64,000 bases of DNA from Christensenellaceae bacterium (GTDB lineage: Bacteria; Bacillota; Clostridia; Christensenellales; CAG-138). The stretch is taken from assembly GCA_022510765.1 (NCBI GenBank), contig JAFLSU010000003.1, positions 5,508 to 69,507 of the forward strand, written 5' to 3'. The translations under genes were made by a program, and so were the position numbers. Each line of letters starts with the position of its first letter. Within the stretch, counting starts at the first letter, position 1. The notes under the pieces were generated by a model, which saw only the letters and a list, made by a program, of their open reading frames with translations, was not told where the DNA came from and ran no database searches. This document shows positions 1 through 9,778 of this stretch, one piece after another.

Positions 1-16
1 GTTCAGTGTAAGCCAT
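1..16 (-). CDS. 5' end of an unidentified CDS that runs off the left edge of the window
   Basis: Reverse strand reads GGAGG (31..27), a 10-nt spacer, then ATG (16..14) followed by GCT TAC ACT GAA. Only 5 codons are visible, so the product is unknown. Confidence 0.25.
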
Positions 17-190
17 TTTATAAATGCCTCCGCTTATTAGCTATTTTCTTAACCGTTCGGGTATAGTCTCACAATGGATTCGTGCATGTATGCAGGATCC
101 ATACATGTATCCACGCAATCCATGCGGGATCAAAGTATACCACTTTATTCCAAGGAAGCTATCGGTTATGCCGGTCAAACAGCATTATAT

Positions 191-228
191 ATGCACCGTT
201 TTCGAAATGCGATTTGAAAACGGTGCAT
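191..228 (-). terminator. Hairpin downstream of the NlpC/P60 gene (possible terminator)
   Basis: Perfect 13-bp stem, ATGCACCGTTTTC (191..203) with GAAAACGGTGCAT (216..228), and a 12-nt loop. It lies 38 nt after the stop of the minus-strand CDS. The trailing U-tract on the minus strand is weak (AUAUAAUG), while the plus-strand side has TTTT. Confidence 0.5.
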
Positions 229-265
229 TTTAACGTTTCGGTAGGATGGTCGATCCTGTTTTCAA

Positions 266-1774
266 TCAATCAAATACCCTGCGTCCCCATGCAAAGTAGG
301 TATGGAACCAACTGCCCATGTTCGATATGACAACTTCGCCGCTTGATGACGATGCATGAAGAAACTGGTTGTTCCCGATGTACACTCCAACATGAGAGAT
401 ACTGTTATATGAATTATTGTAGAAGAAAACAAGATCACCTCGGCGCAGATTGCTGACACCGTCAACTCTGTCCCATCCGTCATACATCGAGTATCCGGCT
501 GCGTTGAGTCGACCGATGTTAACACCTACTTGCCTAAGGCAGTAATAAACGAGACCCGAGCAATCGAAGGAATTTGGGCCGGAATCACCATATACATACG
601 GTTTACCGAGTTGTTCATAAAGTACCGCAACGAATGCCTCAACATTACCTGAGGGTGCCGGAGCATTGGTCACCACCGGTGTAGGTGCAGGGGTGGGCCT
701 TGGAGTGGCTGTTGGCTTCGGCGTGGGGGTAGGCGTGGGTCTTGGAGTGGCAGTCGGCCTCGGCGTAGGGGTAGGTGTCGGCTTCGGGCTGGGGGTAGGA
801 GCGGCAGTCGGCCTTGAAGTGGGCGTAGGCTTGAGGGCCGAAGTCGGCCTTGGCGTTAAAGTCGGCTTTGCAGGTGTTGACGCGGTAGGTCTCGGAGTGG
901 GAGTTGGACTGTTGGTAGGTCTCGGAGCAACAGTCGGTATACTCGTTGGCTCCGCAGTCGGTTTTAAAGTCTCTTCGGGCTGCGGCCCTTCCGTAGCGTA
1001 AGGCGAGGCTTCAGGTGTTTCGAACGGAAAGTACTCTTCCGTCGGATACGGCTCCGTCGGGTACGGTGCAAACTCGTAGCCATCGACGTTTAACGCATAG
1101 GGGGAAAACATCGTGGCGTAGGTATCGCTATCGGCCTTGCCGTTTATTGTCAAGCCGTTCATAAGCTGAAAATTCTCGACGGCGCGCTCCGTTGCAATGC
1201 CATAATAGCCGTTATTCTTATCGTTGTAATAGCCAAGCTGGTTCAAGCGCTCTTGAACCATTTGTACATCATTACCCGAATTGCCGAATTCAATAATATA
1301 ATCTGAAGCAGAGGGGGAGTACAAAAGTCGAAGCATTAGCTCGTCCACAACTCCTGTTTGGTTCATGTGATTTGCGCGCTGAAAGAGCTTAACCGCATCC
1401 TCAAGCGGCAAACCAAAGTATTCTGTTGGCTCGTCAGCTGCAAGATAACCAAGATCCATCAGACGGGTCTGAATCTCAATAATTTGAGAAGCACGGTCTC
1501 CGAAAGCGTAACTCTCCCCTTCGATAATCTCTGGGGTGGGGGAGACCAAATTGGAGAACCCCGATGGCACGGCGGTAATTGCAGTCGAGCCACTTGAATC
1601 CGAATTCCCATCAACAGAGGGCAGGACATTATTGACAAAAATGTCCTTGTTCCTGTCTATTGTAATTATTACCGATACTGCAACAAAAAGCAAAAGAATG
1701 AGCGGCAGCCGCAGCCGCTTCATCCACGCATAGAGAGCTCCTTTCGAAGCTCGAATTCTTCTATTAACTGACAT
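266..1774 (-). CDS. Secreted or membrane-anchored NlpC/P60 cell-wall endopeptidase with two PG_binding_1 repeats and a Pro/Thr-rich linker
   Basis: N-terminal TM/signal segment LPLILLLFVAVSVIITI. Two peptidoglycan-binding repeats (IQTRLMDLGYL...LPLEDAVKLFQ and VQERLNQLGYY...ATERAVENFQ). The C-terminal NlpC/P60 core has FDCSGLVYYC (catalytic Cys) and ISHVGVYIG (His). Confidence 0.9.
   Translation of the reverse strand: MSVNRRIRASKGALYAWMKRLRLPLILLLFVAVSVIITIDRNKDIFVNNVLPSVDGNSDSSGSTAITAVPSGFSNLVSPTPEIIEGESYAFGDRASQIIEIQTRLMDLGYLAADEPTEYFGLPLEDAVKLFQRANHMNQTGVVDELMLRLLYSPSASDYIIEFGNSGNDVQMVQERLNQLGYYNDKNNGYYGIATERAVENFQLMNGLTINGKADSDTYATMFSPYALNVDGYEFAPYPTEPYPTEEYFPFETPEASPYATEGPQPEETLKPTAEPTSIPTVAPRPTNSPTPTPRPTASTPAKPTLTPRPTSALKPTPTSRPTAAPTPSPKPTPTPTPRPTATPRPTPTPTPKPTATPRPTPAPTPVVTNAPAPSGNVEAFVAVLYEQLGKPYVYGDSGPNSFDCSGLVYYCLRQVGVNIGRLNAAGYSMYDGWDRVDGVSNLRRGDLVFFYNNSYNSISHVGVYIGNNQFLHASSSSGEVVISNMGSWFHTYFAWGRRVFD
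647..1069 (-). repeat. Low-complexity Pro/Thr(Arg/Lys) linker-coding repeat inside the NlpC/P60 gene
   Basis: Residues about 236-376 read PYPTEPYPTE...PTPTPRPTATPRPTPTPTPKPTATPRPTPAPTP. The plus-strand shadow ORF 666..1001 translates as GVGVG repeats. Confidence 0.9.
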
Positions 1775-1878
1775 TGATAATCACATCCAATCAATTCAAT
1801 AAACCCATTATACACCATGTTGCGGCATTTTTCTACAGTCAAAACTCGACATAATCGTCAAATATATTAAAAACCTTA

Positions 1879-1907
1879 TTGTAAATACCCTAAAACGGCG
1901 GTAAAAT
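1879..1907 (+). promoter_or_regulatory. Candidate sigma-A promoter for tkt
   Basis: TTGTAA (1879..1884), 17-nt spacer, TAAAAT (1902..1907), about 50 nt upstream of the tkt start. Confidence 0.4.
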
Positions 1908-1956
1908 AATATTCGCCGTATTTTGCGGTTCAACGACATTGAACTTCGGAGGAAGT

Positions 1957-3933
1957 ATGAACACGATCGATAAGCTTACCGTCAATACCATGCGAACCAT
2001 GATTGCCGATGCAGTACAGAAGGCAAACAGTGGCCACCCCGGTCTTGCAATAGGAGCTGCGCCAATGGCACTTGCTCTGTTTGAACAGATGAAGCATAAT
2101 CCCCAAAACCCCGAATGGCGTGCAAGGGACAGGTTCATCCTGAGCGCAGGACATGCCTCCATGCTGGAGTATTCGCTGCTTCACCTGTTTGGCTATGACG
2201 TAAGCATGGAGGATATAAAGAACTTTCGTCAGCTTGGCAGCAAGACAGCGGGTCATCCTGAATACGGAAATATCAAGGGTATCGAAGCTACCACGGGGCC
2301 GCTTGGCCAGGGCTTCGCAATGGCCGTCGGAATGGCAATGGCTGAAAAGCATATGGCATCAGTGTTCAACCGTAGTGGTTACGACGTTGTAAATAACTAT
2401 ACATATGTTCTCATGGGCGATGGCTGTATGATGGAGGGTATAGCTGCTGAGGCCGCATCGCTTGCCGGAACGTTAAAGCTCAATAAGCTCATTGCCCTCT
2501 ATGACAGCAACAAAATCACAATCGAAGGCAGCACTGACATTGCATTTACAGAGGATGTCGCATCGCGTTTTGCAAGCTATGGCTGGAACACAATCGATGT
2601 TGCGGATGGTGAGGCGATGGAAGATATACGAGCTGCTATTGCTTCTGCAAAGTCGTCAGCGGACAAGCCCACTCTTATAATCGTTCATACTAAAATTGCA
2701 CATGGAACGCCTAAAGAGGGCAGTGCTTCATCCCATGGTTCACCCCTCGGAAGCGAAAATATTGCTTCATGGAAGACGTCAATTGAATGGGGTTACGAGC
2801 CATTTACCGTTCCTGAAGAGGTACGGACGCATATGGCAAAGCTTAATGAAGGTTACAGGGCGCAGGAGCAAGAGTACGATCGTATGATTACTGAATATGC
2901 GAAAGCCTACCCCGGGCTTTACGAGCAGCTCAATGCGTGGTATGAAAAAGATATTCCCGAGGATATTTTGAACGATGATTCGTTGTTCGAGTTTGAAGAC
3001 AAGAAGCTGGCTACAAGAGTTTGCTCGGGAACCATTCTCAATAAATTAGCTGCACGCATCCCGAATCTTATCGGTGGAAGTGCCGATCTTGGCCCTTCCA
3101 ACAATACGGAGCTCAAATGCAGCGGCTTTTTCTCGGCGGACACGCCGGATGGCCGCAATATCCATTTTGGAATAAGAGAGTTTGCAATGGCGGCTATCTG
3201 CAACGGTCTTGCGCTCTATGGCGGGATACGCCCCTATTGTGCAACTTTCCTTGTGTTCTCCGATTATCTTAAGCCTGCGGAAAGGCTCTCTGCATTGATG
3301 AAGCTGGGAGTTCTCTATATATTCACTCATGACAGCATAGGAGTTGGCGAGGACGGCCCTACGCATCAGCCAATCGAACATGTTGATATGCTGCGGGCAA
3401 CACCGAACACCTATGTATTCCGCCCTGCCGACGGAAGGGAGACCGCCGCTTCGTACATTGCAGCTTTGAAAATAGATGCTCCCTCCATTCTCGTGCTTTC
3501 AAGACAGGGCCTGCCCCAAATTGAAGGTACCGGAAGGGAGGCGCTTAAGGGAGGATACGTCCTTAAAGACTCCTCGGTCGGTAAGCTTGATGCCATAATT
3601 CTGGCAACGGGTTCCGAGGTTGATACCGCTCTCAAGGCTCGCGAGCTTCTTGAGTCGGAGGGACTCGGGATTCGTGTCGTATCCATGCCGTGCATGGAAT
3701 TGTTCGATGAACAGAGTGAAGAATATCGCGAGAGCGTACTGCCATCAAGTGTGCGAAACAGGGTCGCCGTAGAAGCACTCGGCGGTATGTCTTGGTATAA
3801 GTATGTAGGTCTTGATGGAAGAATCGTTTCCATGAATGGATTTGGTGCTTCCGCGCCCGGAGATGTGCTGTTCAGACATTTTGGATTTACAGCAGAAAAC
3901 ATCGCGTCCATCACTAAAGCGATTATTGGCTAA
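1957..3933 (+). CDS. tkt: Transketolase
   Basis: Motifs SGHPG, GDGCMMEG and THDSIGVGEDGPTHQPIEH are present, and the length of about 658 aa is typical. ATG at 1957 is preceded by GGAGGAAG (1948..1955). The ORF track starts at an upstream TTG at 1939. Confidence 0.95.
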   Translation: MNTIDKLTVNTMRTMIADAVQKANSGHPGLAIGAAPMALALFEQMKHNPQNPEWRARDRFILSAGHASMLEYSLLHLFGYDVSMEDIKNFRQLGSKTAGHPEYGNIKGIEATTGPLGQGFAMAVGMAMAEKHMASVFNRSGYDVVNNYTYVLMGDGCMMEGIAAEAASLAGTLKLNKLIALYDSNKITIEGSTDIAFTEDVASRFASYGWNTIDVADGEAMEDIRAAIASAKSSADKPTLIIVHTKIAHGTPKEGSASSHGSPLGSENIASWKTSIEWGYEPFTVPEEVRTHMAKLNEGYRAQEQEYDRMITEYAKAYPGLYEQLNAWYEKDIPEDILNDDSLFEFEDKKLATRVCSGTILNKLAARIPNLIGGSADLGPSNNTELKCSGFFSADTPDGRNIHFGIREFAMAAICNGLALYGGIRPYCATFLVFSDYLKPAERLSALMKLGVLYIFTHDSIGVGEDGPTHQPIEHVDMLRATPNTYVFRPADGRETAASYIAALKIDAPSILVLSRQGLPQIEGTGREALKGGYVLKDSSVGKLDAIILATGSEVDTALKARELLESEGLGIRVVSMPCMELFDEQSEEYRESVLPSSVRNRVAVEALGGMSWYKYVGLDGRIVSMNGFGASAPGDVLFRHFGFTAENIASITKAIIG

Positions 3934-4094
3934 AGTTGGCAAACCGCAAGGATTAACATGGCTTTGATTTCCAAAGCCCGATAATTTAAGTGACAATGGG
4001 AAGCAAAGCAAGCTTAGTAAAGTCCTGCACAATATTTTGTGTGGGGCTTTTGCTGGCTTTGTCATATCAAACAATATGCTGCACGCGGAAACGC

Positions 4095-4123
4095 TTGATT
4101 GAAAACGTCAGCTATTATATAAT
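4095..4123 (+). promoter_or_regulatory. Candidate sigma-A promoter for the ABC transporter operon
   Basis: TTGATT (4095..4100), 17-nt spacer, TATAAT (4118..4123), 25 nt upstream of the ATG at 4149. Confidence 0.45.
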
Positions 4124-4148
4124 CCTCATGGAGCAGTCTTGAGACAGT

Positions 4149-4853
4149 ATGAGTGCATTTGTTAAATTTGAAAAGGTTTCAAAGGTATATCAATCGGGCG
4201 ATGTGAGCGTAAAGGCGCTTTCAGATGCTTCATTCGAAATAGAGAAGGGAGAAGTCTGCGTTATAGTAGGTCAGTCAGGAGCCGGAAAAACAACGCTCCT
4301 TAACATCCTCGGAGGAATGGATACGCTCACAAGCGGACATGTATATCTTGATGGCAATGAAGTATCCAAGTTTGATAACCGCAGTCTTGCTGAGTACAGA
4401 AGACATGATATTGGTTTTGTATTTCAGTACTACAATCTTATCCCTAACCTCACGGCGCTTGAGAACGTTGAAATATCATCGCAGCTCTCGTCCAATTATA
4501 TACCGGCCAAAAGAGTTCTGGCAGATGTCGGGCTCGCCGATAGGATGATAAATTTTCCTGCCCAGCTTTCGGGCGGTGAGCAGCAGCGTGTTGCAATCGC
4601 AAGAGCATTGGCCAAGCGGCCGAAGCTATTGTTGTGCGATGAACCGACGGGCGCTCTCGACTATGCAACCGGAAAGACCATACTCACCCTATTACAAAGA
4701 GAAAGCCGTGATAATGGCATGACCGTCGTGATCATTACACATAATTCAGCCTTGACCGCCATGGCAGATCGTGTTATTCGCATGAAGAGTGGAACGATTC
4801 TTTCCGTAACACGGAATGAGACTGTTGTACCTATTGAGCAGATCGAGTGGTAG
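4149..4853 (+). CDS. ABC transporter ATP-binding protein (MacB/LolD/FtsE-like)
   Basis: Walker [10 protein letters not shown], signature [15 protein letters not shown], Walker [13 protein letters not shown] and H-loop ITHN. Confidence 0.9.
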   Translation: MSAFVKFEKVSKVYQSGDVSVKALSDASFEIEKGEVCVIVGQSGAGKTTLLNILGGMDTLTSGHVYLDGNEVSKFDNRSLAEYRRHDIGFVFQYYNLIPNLTALENVEISSQLSSNYIPAKRVLADVGLADRMINFPAQLSGGEQQRVAIARALAKRPKLLLCDEPTGALDYATGKTILTLLQRESRDNGMTVVIITHNSALTAMADRVIRMKSGTILSVTRNETVVPIEQIEW

Positions 4854-7800
4854 AAAATGATGTTAGGAAGCCGTTATTTGCTCGAAACAATTTTGTAAAC
4901 ATGGAAACAGCATTGAGAAAACCGAGTGCATGGAGCAAGAATAACCGTAGGGAGATTTTTCACACCCTTGGCCGATATTGCGCCATACTCATAATCATTA
5001 CATTGGGAGTAGGTTTCTTTTCCGGACTTAGCGTTACAAAAGAGGCAATGCTTTTAACAGCCAATGAATATGTTAACGATGAATCCAATATGTACGACTT
5101 CAGGCTTTTTACCTCCATTGGATTCACATCAGATGATGAAAAATTCTATCGGTCGCTTGAGGGAATCGACAGCGCCGAGGGAGCTTACAGCATTGATTTC
5201 TTTGCTGAGGCTGAATATGAAGCAGCGTTCGCTGCGTCCGGCAGTGCTGAAGGACGTATAACGACGCTTAAGGCAATCTCAATCACGGAAAGGATCAACA
5301 AGGCGAGGCTTCTATACGGCAGAATGCCGGTCTCACCAAACGAATGCATTGCGGATGCTTCGGTTTTTGGCAGGTACTCCATAGGTACGACTATAAGCAT
5401 CAGTGACACCAATATACAGTCGACGGTTGATTTTCTAAAATATAGTGAGTATACCATTGTTGGTATCGGATGCTCGACAAGCTATCTCAATAGGGACAGG
5501 GGAACTACAACGCTTGAAGGCGGTTCTCTGGATGGTTTCGTTTTGATACCAAAAGCTGGTTTTAACTCAGAATGCTATACGGAAATGCTTTTGACGTTGA
5601 ATGACCATGCGGAAGTATTTAGTGATGAATATTACAGCAGCGTGGAGATGTATCGCGCTATGGTCGAAGCTTCGGTGGAAGAGCATTCGAAGCAACGTTT
5701 TGAAGATTTGAAACTCGAAGCATATACGGAACTTGAAAATGCAATGGCGGAATTCGAGTCTCAGTTTGGTGAATACTTGGAGCAACGGGCTTCGGCCGAG
5801 CAGGAATTGGATGCGGTGCTCAGTGAACTAAACCAAAGCAAGTTCGAAATTGACTCCGCGCAGCTTGAGCTTGATAACGCAAAACAGCAGATTGCAGAAG
5901 GTAGGGATGAGTATTATTGCGGACTTGATGCATACGATGCGAAAGTAATTGAATTTGAAAAGCAACGCGAAACGATACTTGCCGCTATCGAGCAGGCGCA
6001 GGATGAGATAGACTCCAATCGTGCCGTTGTTGATGCGGCGCTTGCAGTTATAGAAGCAACGGATGCCGTTGCCCGATACCAATCAATGCTCGATCGGATT
6101 TCCGAACTACAGACGCTTATTGATGCAATAGAGGATCAGAACTCTCCTGAATACATTAGGCTGACGCTCGAACTTGAGTATTTACAGAATCAAATTGACA
6201 CGCTGCTGAATTCGGGAGCTATCGATCGCTACCACGAGCTTCTTGGCGCAGCAAGCGAGATTGACTCAGCGCAGGCGGAACTCGACGAGCGCCGTTCGCT
6301 TGCTGAGACGCAGCTTGCAAAAGCCCAATCGGAATTGCAATCCGTTAAGAAACAGCTAGATGATGCGAGGCATCAGCTTGACGATGCTGAATTAGCGTAT
6401 ACAGAGGGTATCCTTCAGCTTTACGAGGCAAAGCGTCTTTATGATGAGGGCTTAGCTGAATACGAAAAGGCAAAAGCGGAAACTGACGCAAGATTTGCTG
6501 AAGCGGATGTCGAATTTAACGAGGCTTCAGAAGAGATTGCAAATGGCGAAGCGGCATACAATTCGCTTGTATCGTCGAAACTGATCAGCTTTGTGCTTGG
6601 CAGAAGCGAGAACTCATCCTATGTGGGCTATGAAAACGATGCTTCCATCATGGAAGGGCTTTCAAAAGTGCTGCCGGTATTCTTCTTTTTTGTCGCTGCG
6701 CTCGTGTGTACAACGACCATGATGCGAATGGTGGATGAGCAGCGTACTCAGATCGGAACACTGAAAGCATTGGGATACAGTAACCGAATGATTACAATGA
6801 AATACATTTCATATTCGGGCAGCGCTGCATTGATCGGATGCATTCTGGGGTATTTTTTTGGTTCATGGCTATTCCCATTCAGTACATGGCAAGCATACAA
6901 AATGCTGTATAATTTCGGAGAGATCACCATAGTATTTGATGCTCTGTATTTTTTCATATCACTTGCGGTCTCGATGATCTGTACCGTTGGCTCCACTTTC
7001 TTGGCCTGCTATAGCGAGCTTACACTGATGCCGGCGGCTCTGATGCGGCCGAAGGCTCCAAATCCCGGAAAGCGCGTATTTTTGGAAAGGATACATTTTT
7101 TATGGAATCACTTGAGCTTCTTTGCTAAAGTATCAATACGCAATATTTTAAGGTACAAACGAAGACTCATAATGATGCTTCTTGGAGTCGGCGGCTGTAC
7201 GGCTCTGGTTCTAACCTGTCTGGGTGTTAAAGATTCAATTGCCAACATTGCGGAGGATCAGTTCGGCAATATTATGAAATACGACTATTCCATCCTGTTT
7301 GCCGAAGCTAAAAGCGATGCCGAGATGCAGGAGTTTAATGATGCTACGCAGGATATACTTAGCGAATGCGTTTTCGTGCTTACGGATTCGGTCGAGGTGG
7401 AAACAGGCGGTACAACAAAAACCGCCAATATAGTTGCTGCAAATGATCCAGCGATAACCAACGTGATAGGTCTCAGCCTGAATGGTGTTTCGGTAGCTTA
7501 TCCATCGGGAAATAATATCATAGTCAATGAAAAACTTGCAAAGTCGGCAGGCATTGGAGTGGGCGACACCATAACAGTGCGTCTTAGTGAGACCGAAAGC
7601 GTAGAACTAACGGTTGAAGGAATTTTCGAAAACTATGTCTATAACTATATTTATATGACGGAGGAAGCATATGTCGATCTTTTAGAGCGTGAGATAAGCT
7701 ACAATACCGCCTTCGCGGTTTGTGCCGAGGAACTTGATGTATATGAAGTGTCGGCCTCACTTTTGAACGATCACGGCGCTACTTCGGTTACGGTCTCTGA

Positions 7801-8239
7801 GGATATAGAACGCATCGTTGGTGATATGATGAGCAGCCTAAATTACATTATCGGTCTTGTAATTGCCTGCGCCTGCGCACTCGCATTGGTCGTAGCATAC
7901 AACATAGGAAATATCGCAATAACTGAACGTGTCCGGGAGATCGCGACGCTCAAGGTGCTTGGATTTCATCGCTTTGAAACATCTATTTATGTATTCAGAG
8001 AAAACCTCGTGCTCACCGTCATTGGCTCCATCCTGGGATTGCCGTTTGGAGTTATTTTGCATAGTTTTGTGATGAATCAGGTAAGCATAGAGATGGTATC
8101 ATTCAATGTGCGGGTATCGCCGTTTAGCTTTGTATGCGCTTTAGCCATTTCTATCGTGCTTGCATTGATGGTCGATGTCGTTCTACAAAGAAAGATAGAC
8201 AAGATAAATATGGCAGAATCGTTAAAATCCGTTGAATAA
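4847..8239 (+). CDS. Giant ABC transporter permease with two FtsX domains and a long coiled-coil insert in the first extracytoplasmic loop
   Basis: TM1 is YCAILIIITLGVGFFSGLSV. A large loop follows, with heptad-like E/Q/A/L-rich sequence over about residues 280-590 (nt about 5687..6617). FtsX module 1 is VLPVFFFFVAALVCTTT...GTLKALGY. A second TM (LIMMLLGVGGCTALVL) and second loop lead to FtsX module 2 (EIATLKVLGF...). The GTG start at 4847 overlaps the ATPase stop. An alternative ATG at 4901 (METALRK) matches typical family N-termini. Confidence 0.85.
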   Translation: MVENDVRKPLFARNNFVNMETALRKPSAWSKNNRREIFHTLGRYCAILIIITLGVGFFSGLSVTKEAMLLTANEYVNDESNMYDFRLFTSIGFTSDDEKFYRSLEGIDSAEGAYSIDFFAEAEYEAAFAASGSAEGRITTLKAISITERINKARLLYGRMPVSPNECIADASVFGRYSIGTTISISDTNIQSTVDFLKYSEYTIVGIGCSTSYLNRDRGTTTLEGGSLDGFVLIPKAGFNSECYTEMLLTLNDHAEVFSDEYYSSVEMYRAMVEASVEEHSKQRFEDLKLEAYTELENAMAEFESQFGEYLEQRASAEQELDAVLSELNQSKFEIDSAQLELDNAKQQIAEGRDEYYCGLDAYDAKVIEFEKQRETILAAIEQAQDEIDSNRAVVDAALAVIEATDAVARYQSMLDRISELQTLIDAIEDQNSPEYIRLTLELEYLQNQIDTLLNSGAIDRYHELLGAASEIDSAQAELDERRSLAETQLAKAQSELQSVKKQLDDARHQLDDAELAYTEGILQLYEAKRLYDEGLAEYEKAKAETDARFAEADVEFNEASEEIANGEAAYNSLVSSKLISFVLGRSENSSYVGYENDASIMEGLSKVLPVFFFFVAALVCTTTMMRMVDEQRTQIGTLKALGYSNRMITMKYISYSGSAALIGCILGYFFGSWLFPFSTWQAYKMLYNFGEITIVFDALYFFISLAVSMICTVGSTFLACYSELTLMPAALMRPKAPNPGKRVFLERIHFLWNHLSFFAKVSIRNILRYKRRLIMMLLGVGGCTALVLTCLGVKDSIANIAEDQFGNIMKYDYSILFAEAKSDAEMQEFNDATQDILSECVFVLTDSVEVETGGTTKTANIVAANDPAITNVIGLSLNGVSVAYPSGNNIIVNEKLAKSAGIGVGDTITVRLSETESVELTVEGIFENYVYNYIYMTEEAYVDLLEREISYNTAFAVCAEELDVYEVSASLLNDHGATSVTVSEDIERIVGDMMSSLNYIIGLVIACACALALVVAYNIGNIAITERVREIATLKVLGFHRFETSIYVFRENLVLTVIGSILGLPFGVILHSFVMNQVSIEMVSFNVRVSPFSFVCALAISIVLALMVDVVLQRKIDKINMAESLKSVE

Positions 8240-8310
8240 TTTGAATTTCGCGAAAGAAACAATTAAATATATTCAACTGTGTCCCTCACACGCGGTTTTC
8301 TTCCACAACG

Positions 8311-8339
8311 TTGCGAAAAAGTAGAATCTTGTGTATAAT
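8311..8339 (+). promoter_or_regulatory. Candidate sigma-A promoter for miaB-mutS-mutL
   Basis: TTGCGA (8311..8316), 17-nt spacer, TATAAT (8334..8339). Confidence 0.45.
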
Positions 8340-8389
8340 TAACATAAGGCAAGGCAGTTTATGCCTATGCGTGAAGATGGAGATATGAA

Positions 8390-9757
8390 GTGGAGCTTAA
8401 CGGCTGTTATGACGCTATAAAACGAATTCATGAGCGAATAGATGCCATGAATTTAAAATACTATATTGAAACCTACGGCTGTCAGATGAATGAGCATGAT
8501 TCTGAAAAGCTGGCAGGTATTCTTGAGGAGTGCGGCTATACCGCTGCACAAAGCAAAGAGGATGCGGATTTAATACTTTTTAACACCTGCTGTGTGCGCG
8601 AACATGCCGAACTGCGCACCTTCGGGAATGTCGGATTCACAAAGGAGCTAAAGCAGAATAACCCAAGGTTGATCATAGGCGTATGCGGCTGTATGATGCA
8701 GCAAAAGGAAGCTGCACAGAAGCTTTATCGAAGATTCCCGTTCGTTGATATGGTATTCGGTACGCATGAACTTAAGAATTTTCCTATTCTTCTCGAACGC
8801 GCATTGAATGAACAAAGGGTTTTTGAAATTACGGATATCGATGGCGAGGTCATTGAGGGTTTGCCCGTAAAGCGCGTACCAGGTTTTTCGACATTTGTAA
8901 ATATAATGTACGGCTGTAATAATTTTTGTACATATTGTATCGTACCGTACGTTCGCGGTAGGGAGCGGTCAAGACGCCCCGAAGATATTGTGAATGAAGT
9001 TCGCAAAGTCGTTTCAGAAGGCTTCGGAGAGATCACGCTTCTTGGTCAGAATGTAAACTCATATTGCTCTGATGGAGTTAACTTTCCGAAGCTTCTTAAA
9101 ATGGTAAACGAGGTCGAGGGGCTTAAGCGACTGCGCTTCATGACATCCCATCCGAAGGATCTTTCCGATGAGCTTATCGACGCAATGGCCGAGCTTGATA
9201 AGGTGTGCAAGCATATTCATCTTCCGGTGCAGTCAGGCAGCGACAGGATTTTGCAGCTCATGAACAGAAAATATACGATTGAACACTATATGGGTCTCGT
9301 GGACAAGCTTAGGGCAAAGATAGAGAACGTAGAGATTACAACCGATATAATTGTTGGATTCCCGGGCGAAACCGAGGAAGATTTCGAGGAGACCTGCGAG
9401 CTCGTTCGCAAGGTGGGCTACAGCAATGCCTACACCTTCGCATATTCGCCGAGGCAGGGGACGAAGGCAGCTGCAATGCAGGATCAGATACCTTTGGAAG
9501 AAAAGAAGCGCCGCCTCAATCTCCTTAATTCCGTACTTGCTGAAACTTTGCCTGCGGGCAACGAGAAATACATCGGACACATTGGCGATATTCTTGTCGA
9601 AGGGGTCGATCACCGTGGAAAGCCATTGCTCTTTGGCAAGCTATCAAACTTTAAAATGGTATATGTGGAAGGTCCCGAGGATTTGATAGGCTCCATCGTA
9701 AAGGTTAAAGTTGACGGACTGCGGTTTAATTCGTTGTTCGGTCATATCATCCACTAA
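8390..9757 (+). CDS. miaB: tRNA-i6A37 methylthiotransferase MiaB (radical SAM)
   Basis: UPF0004 N-domain YIETYGCQMNEHDSE, radical SAM cluster GCNNFCTYCIVPYVRG, and a C-terminal TRAM region. GTG at 8390 follows GGAGA (8379..8383). An ATG at 8447 is an alternative start. Confidence 0.9.
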   Translation: MELNGCYDAIKRIHERIDAMNLKYYIETYGCQMNEHDSEKLAGILEECGYTAAQSKEDADLILFNTCCVREHAELRTFGNVGFTKELKQNNPRLIIGVCGCMMQQKEAAQKLYRRFPFVDMVFGTHELKNFPILLERALNEQRVFEITDIDGEVIEGLPVKRVPGFSTFVNIMYGCNNFCTYCIVPYVRGRERSRRPEDIVNEVRKVVSEGFGEITLLGQNVNSYCSDGVNFPKLLKMVNEVEGLKRLRFMTSHPKDLSDELIDAMAELDKVCKHIHLPVQSGSDRILQLMNRKYTIEHYMGLVDKLRAKIENVEITTDIIVGFPGETEEDFEETCELVRKVGYSNAYTFAYSPRQGTKAAAMQDQIPLEEKKRRLNLLNSVLAETLPAGNEKYIGHIGDILVEGVDHRGKPLLFGKLSNFKMVYVEGPEDLIGSIVKVKVDGLRFNSLFGHIIH

Positions 9758-9778
9758 GCCGATTAAGGGGGAAACAGC

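Noticed and set aside
666-1001. Plus-strand ORF translating as GVGVGLGVAVG repeats.
   Set aside because: It is the reverse complement of the Pro/Thr-rich linker of the NlpC/P60 gene, so it is an artefact of the low-complexity repeat.
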